Positions 38,879 through 51,101 of a stretch of DNA of 64,000 bases are shown here, in pieces. Each line of letters starts with the position of its first letter. The stretch's first letter is position 1. This DNA comes from Octopus vulgaris (lineage: Eukaryota): the NCBI GenBank assembly GCA_951406725.2, contig OX597821.1:97712001-97776000 (forward strand). The letters are read 5' to 3'. The notes under the pieces were generated by a model. The model was given only the letters and a program-made list of their open reading frames with translations. It made no database searches and was not told where the DNA came from. The translations under genes were made by a program, and so were the position numbers.

Positions 38879-39397
38879 GTAATATATACATGTACAAATA
38901 CAGGTGTATGAAATAACCATTCAACGTAAATTCTACATTTATTACAATTATTTCCGTCTCTGAAGGATGTGTCATGGTTAACAAATGATAGTTTAGCACT
39001 CCCTATGACGAGGGGAGACAATCTTAAGAATCAAGACTTCTCCAAAGCTGACATGCCATTAAGGAACTGGACAGGCTTATTGTCTGGAGATAAGAGGATG
39101 GTCATGGTTACATGTTTCTACCTTAATAGCCATCATCAGCACAATTGTCCTAACCTAACCCTCCATCTCATCATCATTAGCTTCACCATTTTACATCTGA
39201 TTTCCATATTGGCATGTGTTGGACAAGCTGTAAAGATCTGCATCAGTTCTTGTTGAGAGTTACTACATTCCTAGATGGGTCAGAGAACTGCATCTTCCTT
39301 GTATGTTTCCTGTTTATCTTAATCCTAACTTCTCTTTTTACAGCTTGAGTGCATTTTATCAATTGGTTCTTGGTTTTTATTATGTATTGACTTATCG

Positions 39398-40681
39398 TAG
39401 GGTGGGGCAGATAGGACATACGTTTTTGAAAAATTCACAAAATCATTAATTTTACCTGCAAATAAATTTTATTGACATTAATGTATTCGTATTGAATTAG
39501 CATTTGTCAAAATCAAATGTAGAAAACAACATCCATCATATGGTATCTGTTTACATTGATGCATTTCTGAAGGTGTTCTTGGAATTTGGCCTACACCTTC
39601 CGCAGCATTGTTCTGTCAATTTGGGCAACTTCCACACAAATAGCTTCCTTCAAATCATCCAGTGTATGGAGCTTATGCACATACACATGTGCCTTGAGGT
39701 TCCCCCACAAGAAATAATCACACATGGACAAATCAGAGGACTGAGGGGGGGGGGGGAAAGGGATGTCAGCATACCTGGAAATGAGGTGGACACTGAAAAG
39801 AGGGCAAAGAACGTCCATTGATGGCTCTATGGTCCGTCACCCCATCCTGCTAAAACCACACACTTCGAATAGGCATACGTTTTTGTCATAATTCAGGCAC
39901 AAAGAAGTTGTTAATCATCTCGATGTAATGCTCAGAGTTCACAGTAACAGCATTTCCATTATTGTCTTAAAAAAATTAAGGACCAATGATGGCAGCTTTT
40001 CCAACAGCATACCTGACCATCACTTTTGGGCTGTGCAGTGGTCTTTGATGCAGTTCTCTCAGATTTTCAAGACCCCAACAATGACAGTTCTGTTGATTCA
40101 TCATGCCATTGAGATGAAAACGAGCTTCATCACTCATTAACAAAATGAGGTTGTCGTTTGCTTCAAAAATTGCTTCCATCTGATGTGCAAAATTAAGGTG
40201 CTGTGCATAGTCCCATGGTTTCAGCTGTTGCCTAATGACCATTTTTATGGGTGGAAATGCAGGTCTTCATGCAAAATGCACCTTGCCATTCGATTACTGA
40301 TGCCAAGTTCAGTGGAATCGCTCGGAGCAGAGTGATTCAGACTCCATATCAAAGCTTGTCTGACATGTTCAACCGGTCTCGTGTACAAAGTGCATTCACC
40401 CAATGTAAGATTGTGTTACGGGTGGGAACAGCTTGATTTTGGTGAATGTTGAAGTAGCGTCAAACCTCATACTGAACTGATGTGACAGACTCATTATTCT
40501 TCACATAACTGTCATAGGCAAACATGCGATGCTCTGTCGTCCACAGCACCATGGCTTCACCTGGAAAGCAAAAAGATGCTAAGACACCATGAACTAAATG
40601 GTACCTGTCAGACATATGCACCTCCTCTTGGAGCTGTGTAATAGCCATTTCAAAAACATTCAGCCTCTCTGCCCCACCCTG
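39398..40681 (-). mobile_element. Tc1/mariner-superfamily transposon, inactive
   Basis: TIRs (C/T)AGGGTGGGGCAGA.AGG...GTTTTTGAAA at both ends. Fragments MVLWTTEHRMFAYDSY, LMSDEARFHLNG and PPQSSDLSMCDYFLWGNLKAHVY. Confidence 0.85.
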
Positions 40682-41064
40682 TATATGACTATCTTTTTAT
40701 TTTGAACACATATTTTTCAAAATATTTTAAACACATTAACAAATATCTCAAAAACTAAAATTATTCTGTAGTGTTATAGTATTGTAAAACTTAAATAAAT
40801 GTAAGTGGCATTATAAATATAAATACATTACATGCACTTTGTACACGAGACCAGTTGAACACGTCAGACAAGCTTTGATATGAAGTCTGAATCACTCTGC
40901 TCTGAGCCATTCCACTGAACTTGGCATCGGTAATCGAATGCATTGAACTCTCTCATGCACCAAATGGCAATTGCTCAAAAGCATTCATGAAGTAAAATCA
41001 TGTAGCAACACCAAATGGCGGTGCCCCAGCATGGCCACAGCTCGTGAGCTGAAACTAGATAAAT

Positions 41065-41322
41065 CACCGTTTAGCGTCCGCTTTCCATGCTGGCATGGGT
41101 TGGACAGTGCAACTGGGGTCTGGGAAGCCAGAAGGCTGAACCAGGCCCAGTCTGATCTGGCAATGTTCCTACGGCTGGATGCCCTTCCTAACGCCAACCA
41201 CTCCATGAGTGTAATGGGTGCTTTTTACGTGCCACCGGCACAGGTGCCAGACGAGGCTGGCAAACGGCCATGATCGGATGGTGCTTTTTACGTGCCACCA
41301 GCACGGAGGCCAGGCGAGGCTA
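41065..41322 (-). mobile_element. RTE 3'-UTR fragment
   Basis: cgtttagcgtccgctttccatgctggc... Confidence 0.8.
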
Positions 41323-41489
41323 ATTTCAGAGATCTACTTCCCCGACAAGTGATTTGATCTGAGACCCATTGATATATATATATATGGAGAGAGAGAGAGG
41401 GAGAGAGATACACACACACACACACATATGTACATATATAGGCATGTGTGTGTGAGAGACCATCATCACGATCATTTTTCATACTGTCA

Positions 41490-41617
41490 TGGATTGGACA
41501 GGAAGGAAGGAGGGTTTAACATTTCGAGCGGAGCTCTTTGTCGGAAACATAGGAGAAGGAAAGATAGAGAAGGGAAGACAGAGAAAAAAAAATTGCCAAC
41601 GGTACACACGCGGTTAC

Positions 41618-41620
<3 letters not shown>
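41490..41620 (-). mobile_element. Hammerhead family-2 element, partial, core mutated
   Basis: ggaaggaaggagggtttaacatttcgagcggagctctttgtcggaaacatagg...cggttacatt, then (TA)n. Confidence 0.7.
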
Positions 41621-41653
<33 letters not shown>

Positions 41654-41847
41654 TGCAAACATGTGCTATACGTATGTGTTGTGTGTCAATGTATATTTTT
41701 GTATTGAAGTATATATGTCTATATTCATGTACATGTATGTTTATACCTACATACATACACACATACATGCATACACACATATATGCATCTAGACAAGTTA
41801 ACAATTGTATAACACATGTGAAGTTATGTGGGAGATTTTAGATTGTA

Positions 41848-42353
41848 CTAGCAGTATCGCCCGGCGTTGCTCGGGTTTGTAAGGGAAATAACTATATAAG
41901 CATTTTTAGAGAGTTACTTCCCTTATAAATTCGGGCTTTCTTAGCCATTTTTGTTTTGGTGTCTTCAAGCCATGAAGTCGTTGTTCTAAAAGAACGCTGG
42001 TTTCCTTCACAACGCATTACGACGTTGATTTCTTTACACTCCCTTCCCCACAGCTTCACGAGGGAGGGAAGGGGGAGAAGCAAACAGGTGCAGCTGTGAG
42101 CGTGGACGCCAACTCCGCCGCCATCGACATACGATGCATTTTATGCATTAAAATGGAATAAAAAATGATGTTAAATTATTTTTAAAATCGTAGACTCATC
42201 GCTGACGCGCGCTAATAGTCAGACGGGCATGATATGAATCACGACTATAAGATACCCGAATTTGGTTAAACTGCACCGCAAAATGTGGGAGGAGTTAGGA
42301 ATCTAAATCGAAGGGGACAGACACTCACACAACTAGAGTTTTATATATATAGA
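41848..42353 (-). mobile_element. Non-autonomous Helitron, longer variant (about 505 bp)
   Basis: Same termini plus about 200 bp of extra internal sequence. The empty site is visible in the paired inverted arm at about 43225. Confidence 0.85.
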
Positions 42354-42438
42354 TATCAAGCATATCAGATCAGAGATAAAGAGTTCAAGAGATTTATAAG
42401 AAAAGCAGCAGCTATAAAACTGATTAAATTATCTCTGT

Positions 42439-42945
42439 ATCATCATCATCATCATCATTATCATCATCATCGTTCAACGTCCGTTTTCCGTGCTAGCACG
42501 GGCTGGACGGTTCGACCGGGGTCTGGGAAGCCAGGAGGCTGCACCAGGCTCCAGTCTGATCTGGCAGTGTTTCTACAGCTGGATGCCCTTCTTAACGCCA
42601 ACCACTCCTTGAGTGTAGTGGGTGCTTTTTACGTGCCACCGGCACAGAAGCCAGTAAAGGCAGCCTTGGCATTGGGCACGTTCAGATGGTGCTTTTTACG
42701 TGCCACCGGCACGGAAGCCAGTCAAGGCGGCACTGGCATTGGCCACGTTCAGATGGTGCTTTTTACGTGCCACCGGCACAGAAGCCAGTAAAGGCGGCGC
42801 TGGCATCGGCCTCATTCAGATGGTGCTTTTTACGTTCCACTGGCACAGAAGCCAGTCAAGGTGGCGCTGGCATTGGCCTCGTTCGGATGGTGCTTTTTAC
42901 ATGCCACCGGCACAGGTATCACAACTACTATTTCCATTGATATTT
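42439..42945 (-). mobile_element. RTE 3'-UTR fragment with four full and one partial 67-bp tandem units (42622-42915)
   Basis: (CAT)n tail plus UTR matching 20673-21085. The unit starting gtgctttttacgtgccaccggcac begins at 42622, 42689, 42756, 42823 and 42890. Confidence 0.9.
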
Positions 42946-43535
42946 ATATCTGTATTATTTACAATTACACCCACACAACAATATACATGAAAAAACGATA
43001 CAAGTGTATACATCTGTCCGTATATCTGCATGCATACATACGTACATACCTACAGCCAGATAGACAGATGGATGTATACATGTATTGTTTTTTTATGTGT
43101 GTTATTGTTGTGTAGGCATTTGTGTATAGAGAGCAGATACACATTGATATCATCATCAGTTTCATGATTGCTCCTTTTTTTACAAATCTCTTGAACTCTT
43201 TATCTCCGATCTGACATGCTTGATATACAATCTAAAAACTCCCACATGAATTCATATGTGTTAAATACAAGTGTTAACTTGTCTAGATGCTTGCTTGATT
43301 TGATTCCACACTCCTTCTATCTTATATAAGTTGGCAATCAAACTATTCAGTTTTTTTTTTTTGATATTCCTGTATCCCTGGTGAGATGATGTAATCATTG
43401 CATAGAAGAGAAAGTGGTATTGTGTTACTGAAACGAACTCAGGAAATGAATCTGTTGAAGTATCAATAATATTATTTTCCTGTTATTTTTTCTGATGAAA
43501 GATATGTGTGTGTGTGTATATATATGTGTGTGTGT

Positions 43536-43567
<32 letters not shown>

Positions 43568-43911
43568 TGTATGTATGCATGTATGCATGTATGCATGTAT
43601 GCATGTATGTATGTATGTATGTATGTATGAATTGTATATGTGTGTTTGTGTGTGTGTATATATATATCTGGATAGGTGCAGGAGTGGCTGTGTGGTAAAT
43701 AACTTGCTTACCAACCACATGATTCCAGATTCAGTCCCATTGACATTGAGTAGCGAGGTCCTTTCCTCCTCCACATTCTAGAGAGGCCACTCGCTAGGGA
43801 GGCCTTAAGCCAACAGGTTTTGGATCTAATGCTTTATGGATGTGAAACCCAGGGTAATCCCATAAACCAGCCTTATCTAACTTTATTTATATGTATGTAT
43901 ATATATATACA

Positions 43912-44322
43912 GGCGCAGGAGTGGCTGTGTGGTAAGTAGCTTGCTAACCAACCACATGGTTCCAGGTTCAGTCCCACTGCGTGGCATCTTGGGCAAGTGT
44001 CTTCTGCTATACCCTCAGGCCGACCAATGCCTTGTGAGTGAATTTGGTAGATGGAAACTGAAAGAAGCCAGTCGTATATATGTATATATATATATGTATG
44101 TGTGTGTATATGTTTGAGTGTCTGTGTTTGTCGCCCCTAGCATTGCTTGACAACCGATGCTGGTGTGTTTACGTCCCCGTCACTTAGCGGTTCGGCAAAA
44201 GAGACCGATAGAATAAGTACTGGGCTTACAAAGAATAAGTCCCGGGGTCGATTTGCTCGACTAAAGGTGGTGCTCCAGCATGGCCGCAGTCAAATGACTG
44301 AAACAAGTAAAAGAGTAAAGAG
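43912..44322 (+). mobile_element. SINE family A (left member of an inverted pair)
   Basis: Full-length match. Confidence 0.9.
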
Positions 44323-44656
44323 TATATATATGTGTGTGTGTGTGTGTGTTTATATATATCATTCAGTGTTCACTTTTTATGCTGGCATGTGTAGGCCAGT
44401 TTCACAGGGAACTGGCAAGCTGCCAGGCTGCAATACATATATACATACACACACATACATACAGACAGTCAGATTGATAGATATAGATTTATCTGTAGAT
44501 TTTTATATATTTACCCCAGAGGGTGACAAGTTAAAAAGGAGATATGTCTGGAAACTTAAAATAAAGTACTTGAAGTTCTTGATGAGCCATAAACAAAACA
44601 GAATATATCTGGCTGGGCTAACAACTATTGATTAAATATTTACATGTGTGTGTATG

Positions 44657-44697
<41 letters not shown>

Positions 44698-44699
<2 letters not shown>

Positions 44700-45102
44700 T
44701 TTTACTCTTTTACTTGTTTCAGTCATTTGACTGTGGCCATGCTGGAATACCGCCTTTAGTCGAGCAACTCGACCCCGGGACTTATTCTTTGTAAGCCCTG
44801 TACTTATTCTATCGGTCTCTTTTGCCGAACCGCTAAGTGACGGGGACATAAACACACCAGCATCGGTTGTCAAGCAATGCTAGGAGGACAAACACAAACA
44901 CACATACACACACACACACACACATATATACATATATACGACAGGCTTCTTTCAGTTTCCGTCTACCAAATCCACTCACAAGGCATTGGTCGGCCCGGGG
45001 CTATAGCAGAAGACACTTGCCCAAGATGCCACACAGTGGGACTGAACCCAGAACCATGTGGTTGGTTAGCAAGCTACTTACCACACAGCCACTCCTGTGC
45101 CT
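44698..45102 (-). mobile_element. SINE family A (right member of an inverted pair)
   Basis: Full-length reverse match. Confidence 0.9.
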
Positions 45103-45509
45103 TATATATATATATATATATGTAGTAGCATTCTTTGATGCAGTATACTTTACCAGATATTTATGATTCAGTATTTAGATCAACATTTCACACCTCCATA
45201 CATGTTGCATTATAACCATGTTATCCTAGTAGGGAAGGCTGGGTTGTTATAAACATGAGTCACATAATATTTGAATAATAACAACATCAAGGTATTTCAC
45301 TTGTAAGGACTAAAGAGATTGGATATCTGCAGAATAACATATATATTAAATGCTATCAAAATGTTAATAATTTACTTTGTTATTATTCAAAGATACATAT
45401 ATACATGTATGTGTGTATGTATATACATAAATGTGTGTGTTTGTGTGTGTGTGTAACTATTGAAGTACCGAAAACTTACCATGATAATTGTTTTCTGTCA
45501 TTTGTCTAG

Positions 45510-45653
45510 AGCAATCTACCGATGGATAACAGTTATGGACCTGAATGTGATGCAGTTTGATGATATTGTAGACAATGATACACCACTAGGAATTCTGAGA
45601 GGAATTAAATATGGCACTGAAACCTACCACGTACTTTTTATGAGATTGAGCAG
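45510..45653 (+). CDS. Hil: Hillarin-like gene, exon 7 (transglutaminase-like domain, N-part)
   Basis: tttgtctag|A GCA..., donor AG|gtaaag, phase 2/2. AIYRWITVMDLN...TPLGILRGIKYGTETYHVLFMRLS. Confidence 0.9.
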
Positions 45654-46852
45654 GTAAAGTAATAAAGGAAAAAAAAAACAAACTGTCCAACGTATTGATT
45701 TATTACTTTGATTTTTGACCTAAACTTATGACATTAACTTATGACTTTTTGACTTATGACATTCACTTATGACTTTGTCTTGTAATTTCATCTTTTGTTA
45801 TCAATTTACATCAGCTTTTGATTTTGAATCAAAAGTTTTAACATGTGACTAGTAACATTGACTCTTTAAAATGTTAGGAGTACATTATTAGAGAGATGGT
45901 CCTAATAGCATTGAATGGGTTGGGAAGTGGAGGCCAAAGGTCAATATTTTGTCACTGACATTGTACTGTGTTAGTGGTCACAACAGTTAACTTGCAAATA
46001 GCCCAGTCTACCTAGCTGTAAACAATTACTGCAGCTTCAGAATAACATGTTCTTGTCAGCAGAGGCAGCAGAACTGTAAAGTTGATTTCTGTTTTGTTAG
46101 CTTAGAGTTCAATTGCTCTTGTGGTATGGGTATGGGTATGGCTATGTAGTTGAGGGGTTCACTTTTCACTTCTATGGTTATGGTTCTGATCCTAATGTGT
46201 GGTCTCTTGAACAGGTGTCCTTAGATGGTAAAACTGGATAAACTGAAAATATGTCAAAGCTTGTTTGACTGGGCTGAACCTATTCTTGGTTTGCAGATAT
46301 TCACAAAAGGACCACTAATTCATGGCCAAACTCTAACCTTTGACCCACAAGTACATGGTCTCCTTTCTCTGGCTGTTTTACTGCTGCTATAATGGTCTCT
46401 CTCATTGGAGCTGGCTGAGTTCATGCCACCAACCACTCTGGTATTCCTATCCCACTCATCTCTCTTCCTCTCCATCACCTTGTGCTGTCCAGCCTCAGAC
46501 CTTCTACTAATCACTTTTCCCCAGACCCAGCAAGTAAAACAAAACAAGACCTAATCCGTTACCCAAATTAACATCACTATCTGGTCCTTGGATATCTTCA
46601 GCAGAGTCCACTGTATTAAAAGCATTTAGAGCTGATTTCTAATCTGAAAGTTACTCTTGAGGTATGATTTATTCCTCCCTTTCTGCCAACCAGTAACAGA
46701 GGGTTTTGCAGAGTCATGGGGCTGGTCCTACCCTTCTTGCTTAGAATAAAACACAGAATAAAATAGCTTAGACAGGAATGGGTTTCACTGGGTTGACTTG
46801 ATCTAGATACAAACACACCACCTTGTGATAATTTAGAGAGATCTACAACCTT

Positions 46853-47127
46853 TAGCCTCGCCTGGCCCCTGTGCCGGTGGCACGTGAAGAGCACCATCCT
46901 ATCGTGGCCATTTGCCAGCCTTGTCTGGCACCTGTGCCGGTGGCACGTAAAAAGCACCCACTACACTCACAGAGTGGTTGGCGTTAGGAAGGGCATCCAG
47001 CCGTAGAAACATTGTCAGATCAGACTGGGCCTGGTGCAGCCTTCTGGCTTCCCAGACCCCAGTTGAACCGTCCAACCCATGCCAGCATGGAAAGCGGACG
47101 CTAAACGATGATGATAATGATGATGAA
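46853..47127 (+). mobile_element. RTE 3'-UTR fragment
   Basis: Same UTR with (GAT)n tail. Confidence 0.85.
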
Positions 47128-47252
47128 GACTTACCACTACACACTCATGGCATGTTACACATGTACTGTGTGACCTTGACATGTTTGAAAAGCACTGGTC
47201 TAGAGGGTAATCAGTGTCCTTGACTCTTTACATAGCTGAAACTGATGGGAGG

Positions 47253-47284
<32 letters not shown>

Positions 47285-47804
47285 AAGGTATCCCCAAAAT
47301 GGTGGTGTTGTGGGACAGTATTAATAGTAGTGTTGTGAAGGGAGGAAGAGTGTGATGATGGCAGCAGCAACAGCAGTAGCAGCAACACCAGTTACTTGAT
47401 GTGTTTGGAATAATTTATTTCTAAGTACCCCTGGTATTTTATGTGTGACAGATAGAATAGAGCAGCATGTTCTGCATTCAAATGTTTGTTCAGAATAAAC
47501 TTTGGTGAGGTTTTTTTCACCTTAAGACCTAATCCATTACCCAGATTAAGACTGCCATCTGGTCCCTGAATGAACTACCAAGCATCCCTTCTTGTAGTTA
47601 CAGTGGAAATGATCAATAAAATAATTGCCAATCAGTGATTGAAAATAGTTCAATGAACCATGATTACCTTCTCTTGCAGTCCCACTAGGAGCGATCAATA
47701 AAATGATAGGTTGTAAATTACTGGATCTGAATAAATTGATCATGGTCCCATCCCTCTCACACACACTTCACTCTCACATGTAAAAGAGAAAAAGATAACT
47801 GACA

Positions 47805-48110
47805 TCTTTATATATAAAATTGAAGTTGTGTGTGTGAGACTCTGTCTCCTCCGATTTAGATTCCTAACTACTCCCACATTTTGCGGTGCAGTTTAACCAA
47901 AAGTGGGTATCTTATAGTCGTCATTCATATCAAGCCCTTCTGGGTATTAGCACACATCTACGATGAGTCTATGATTTAAAAAAAATTTACCATCATTTTT
48001 CCGAATTTTTTATGATTTTTGCTCGGGTTATATAAGGGAAGTAACTCTCTAAAAATGCTTATATAGTTATTTCCCTTACAAACCCGAGCAACGCCGGGCG
48101 ATACTGCTAG
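47805..48110 (+). mobile_element. Non-autonomous Helitron (about 305 bp)
   Basis: A|TC 5' end, subterminal hairpin CCCGAGCAACGCCGGG, CTAG|T 3' end, no target-site duplication. Confidence 0.85.
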
Positions 48111-48171
48111 TTCTATTATAAAACATTCTGTTGACTTTCCTTCATACGTCTGTCTGTCTGTCTTATTTCAG

Positions 48172-48327
48172 TTATGCCGGGCTGCAGTGCGTCGAAATCA
48201 AGGGTCATTCCAAAAGTGTTGGCTATGAGCCAGGTATGAAGATCCTTCCAGAAAACTTCCAAAATACATGGAATGCTATTTACATTGATGGGGACTGGCG
48301 ATTGGTTCAGTGTAACTGGGGTGCCAG
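48172..48327 (+). CDS. Hil: Hillarin-like gene, exon 8 (transglutaminase-like core)
   Basis: ttatttcag|T TAT..., donor AG|gtaaga, phase 2/2. YAGLQCVEIKGHSKSVGYEPG...NTWNAIYIDGDWRLVQCNWGAR matches the KY/CYK3/hillarin pattern. Confidence 0.92.
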
Positions 48328-48454
48328 GTAAGAATCATAGCTGAGATTATATTTGGTATAATAAACACCAGTTTGAGATGGAACAAGAGTAACAGGCCAT
48401 CTTACAAGATTCAAACAGCCATGTATCAGTTGCCAATCCCAAGTAAACAGCTAT

Positions 48455-48850
48455 ACTCTTTTACTCTTTTATTTGTTTCATGCTGGAGCACCACCTTTAG
48501 TCAAGCAAATTGACCCCGGGACTTATTCTTTGTAAGCCTAGTACTTATTCTATCGGTCTCTTTTGCCAAAGCGCTAAGTTACGGGGACGTAAACACACCA
48601 GCATCGGTTGTCAAGCAATGTTGGGGGGACAAACACAGACACACAAACATATACACACATACATATATATATATATATACATATATACGACGGGCTTCTT
48701 TCAGTTTCCGTCTACCAAATCCACTCACAAGGCTTTGGTCGGCCCGAGGCTATAGTAGAAGACACTTGCCCAAGGTGCCATGCAGTGGGACTGAACCTGG
48801 AACCATGTGGTTGGTAACCAAGCTACTTACCATACAGCCACTCCTGCGTC
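48455..48850 (-). mobile_element. SINE family A
   Basis: Reverse match with a small deletion. Confidence 0.9.
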
Positions 48851-49564
48851 TATTATTCTTTTTATAATTAATAGAGATGTCAAACCTACCAATAGCCTTT
48901 ATTTCATCTTTTTCTCTCACCATTTGGGCTTATAATGTTAAATATTATTTATATTAAAACCTTAACAATCAATCATAACAAAAATCCAAAGATTTTCAGT
49001 ATTTTTTTTTTTTTTGTAATTTCTAAAAAAGTATTGAAAACTTGTTCTTGTTTTTCATGATATTCACCTCTTCAATCATTCTCTATTTCTAACCATCACT
49101 CACTCGTCCATACACTCTTGTGACCCCTACTCACCTTGTATCTTGAAGGTCCACCCTGACACCTTATCATCATTAATTTTATCTCTTTCTTGCTTCACCC
49201 TCATCACTCCCGTCTTCTATATAGTGGCTTCCACTTGTAGCACCTTGGGCAAGTGTCTTCTACGATAAAAAGCATTGGTGATGGTGCCACACAAAAAGCA
49301 TGGTATGCTATATTGAAGGAACTAACCACTAGGGTTAGTATACCCAGTATTATGCATTAGCAATAGTGAAGACATCTAACCTAGAAGTAGCAGTCTGCAC
49401 ACCCCAGCAGTAATCCTTATACCAAGATACAGTTATTTGTACTGTGCCTGTTAAACAATAGATGGAACACACTATCCAAACCTCTTATCCGTGACTATTA
49501 TCAGGAGTTGCATTACCTGATTCACACAATGATGATTTTACTATCTAATTAAATAATATCAATA

Positions 49565-49795
49565 CCTATTTGTTTACTACCCACAAGGGGCTAAACATAG
49601 AGGGGACAAACAAGGACAGACAAACGGATTAAGTCGATTACATTGACCCCAGTGCATAACTGGTACTTAATTTATCGACCCCGAAAGGATGAAAGGCAAA
49701 GTTGACCTTGGCAGAATTTGAACTCAGAACGTAATGGCAGACGAAATACGGCTACGCATTTCGCCCGGTGTGCTAACGTTTCTGCCAGTTTGCCG
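49565..49795 (-). mobile_element. SINE family B
   Basis: Reverse match. Confidence 0.85.
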
Positions 49796-49944
49796 TGTAC
49801 TACCTGTGTAGTATTCCAAATTGTTAATCATTAGACTACTTCCTACTGCTGGCTTTCTTTGATATCCAGTCTGGTATTTCCTCTAACTCAGTGATAGGTG
49901 TAGTTTATTATATAAGGGGTTTGTGGTTTGCTTGCCTTCCTACT

Positions 49945-50750
49945 TATTAGGACTTTGGTTTTAGCTAGGTTGACTCTAAGGCCCTTCGATCCTAATCCTT
50001 GTTTCCACACCTGAAACTTCTCCTCTAGTTTTGATAGGGACTCAGCAATTAGAGCAAGGTCATCAGTATAGAGGAGCTCCTGTCCTGAATTCCTCTGTTA
50101 TTGCCTGGAGAACTATGATAAATAGGAGGGGGCTGAGGACTGAACCTTGGTGGACCCCTACCGCTACGCGGAATTCTTCAGTATACTCATTGCCAACTCT
50201 CACCTTACTGACAGCATCCCTATACATGGCTTGCACAGCTCTCACTAACCATTCATCTATCCCTAGTTTCCTCATTGATAAGGGATCGGGAGACCCTATC
50301 AAAGGCTTTCTCCATGTCAATGAAAGCCAGGTACAGAGGTTTATCTTCTGCAGCTGTCTTACCAGAAATATAGCATCAGTGGTGCTTTTCCCTGGCATGA
50401 ACCCAAACTGCATCTCATCTAAACTCTCTCCCTAATTAGTTGGGCTATGACCCTCTCCGTGACCTTCATTACCTGATCCAACAACTTGATACCTCTGTAA
50501 TTATTTGTATCTAAAGCGTCACCTTTACCTTTGTTGCAGTTGACTATAATGCTGCTACACCAGCCATTGGGAATGACTCCTTTGTTTATCACCTGGTTAA
50601 CTATACTGGTGACTAGGCTATAGCTGACACTGCCAGATATTTTGAGCATCTCTGCAGTGATTCCTAATGGGCTGGGGGCTTTCCCTGTATTCATATTCTT
50701 AATTGCTTTATCTACCAAGGTGCTGTCAACTCGGATAGCTGGTCCCTATA
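49945..50750 (-). mobile_element. Decayed RT fragment of the same RTE family
   Basis: KAPSPLGITAEMLK, NYRGIKLLDQVMKV, QFGFMPGKSTTDAIF, GVHQGSVLSPLLF, with frameshifts. Confidence 0.9.
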
Positions 50751-51101
50751 CAAAATGGGACAAGAATGCAAAACATCCAGACAGTTAGGTGATACAAAAA
50801 AATGACAACAAAACATCAAGATAGACGATGCTAAGAAAACAAGAATGGGTCATTCGGAGTTTTCTTTCCTCAGTTGAGTTCCAGATTATCTTTGCAATTT
50901 CAGCTGGTTATACTCAAGATTGCTCCAATCTGGCCAGCCCCAAGGAAAAACTAAGCTAAGAGCATTAGATTCCTTGGAAGAAAGCAGCGAATATATACAA
51001 AAACAAGGACGGGAAAAAATGATGGAGAATGTTACACAAATGCAAATAACAGGACATAACAATAGGTGTCTTTTGACTAAGGATGAATTAAATTACATAT
51101 A

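Larger units (their letters stand above)
41785..43290. repeat. Long inverted repeat (about 135-bp arms) with nested Helitron and RTE UTR
   Basis: Left arm 41785-41847 plus 42354-42424 is the reverse complement of 43155-43290. Confidence 0.8.

Noticed and set aside
42622-42915. CRISPR-like look: constant palindromic 24-bp repeat with about 43-bp intervals
   Set aside because: The intervals are near-identical to each other rather than unique spacers, the array lies in a LINE 3' UTR, the context is eukaryotic and there are no cas genes.
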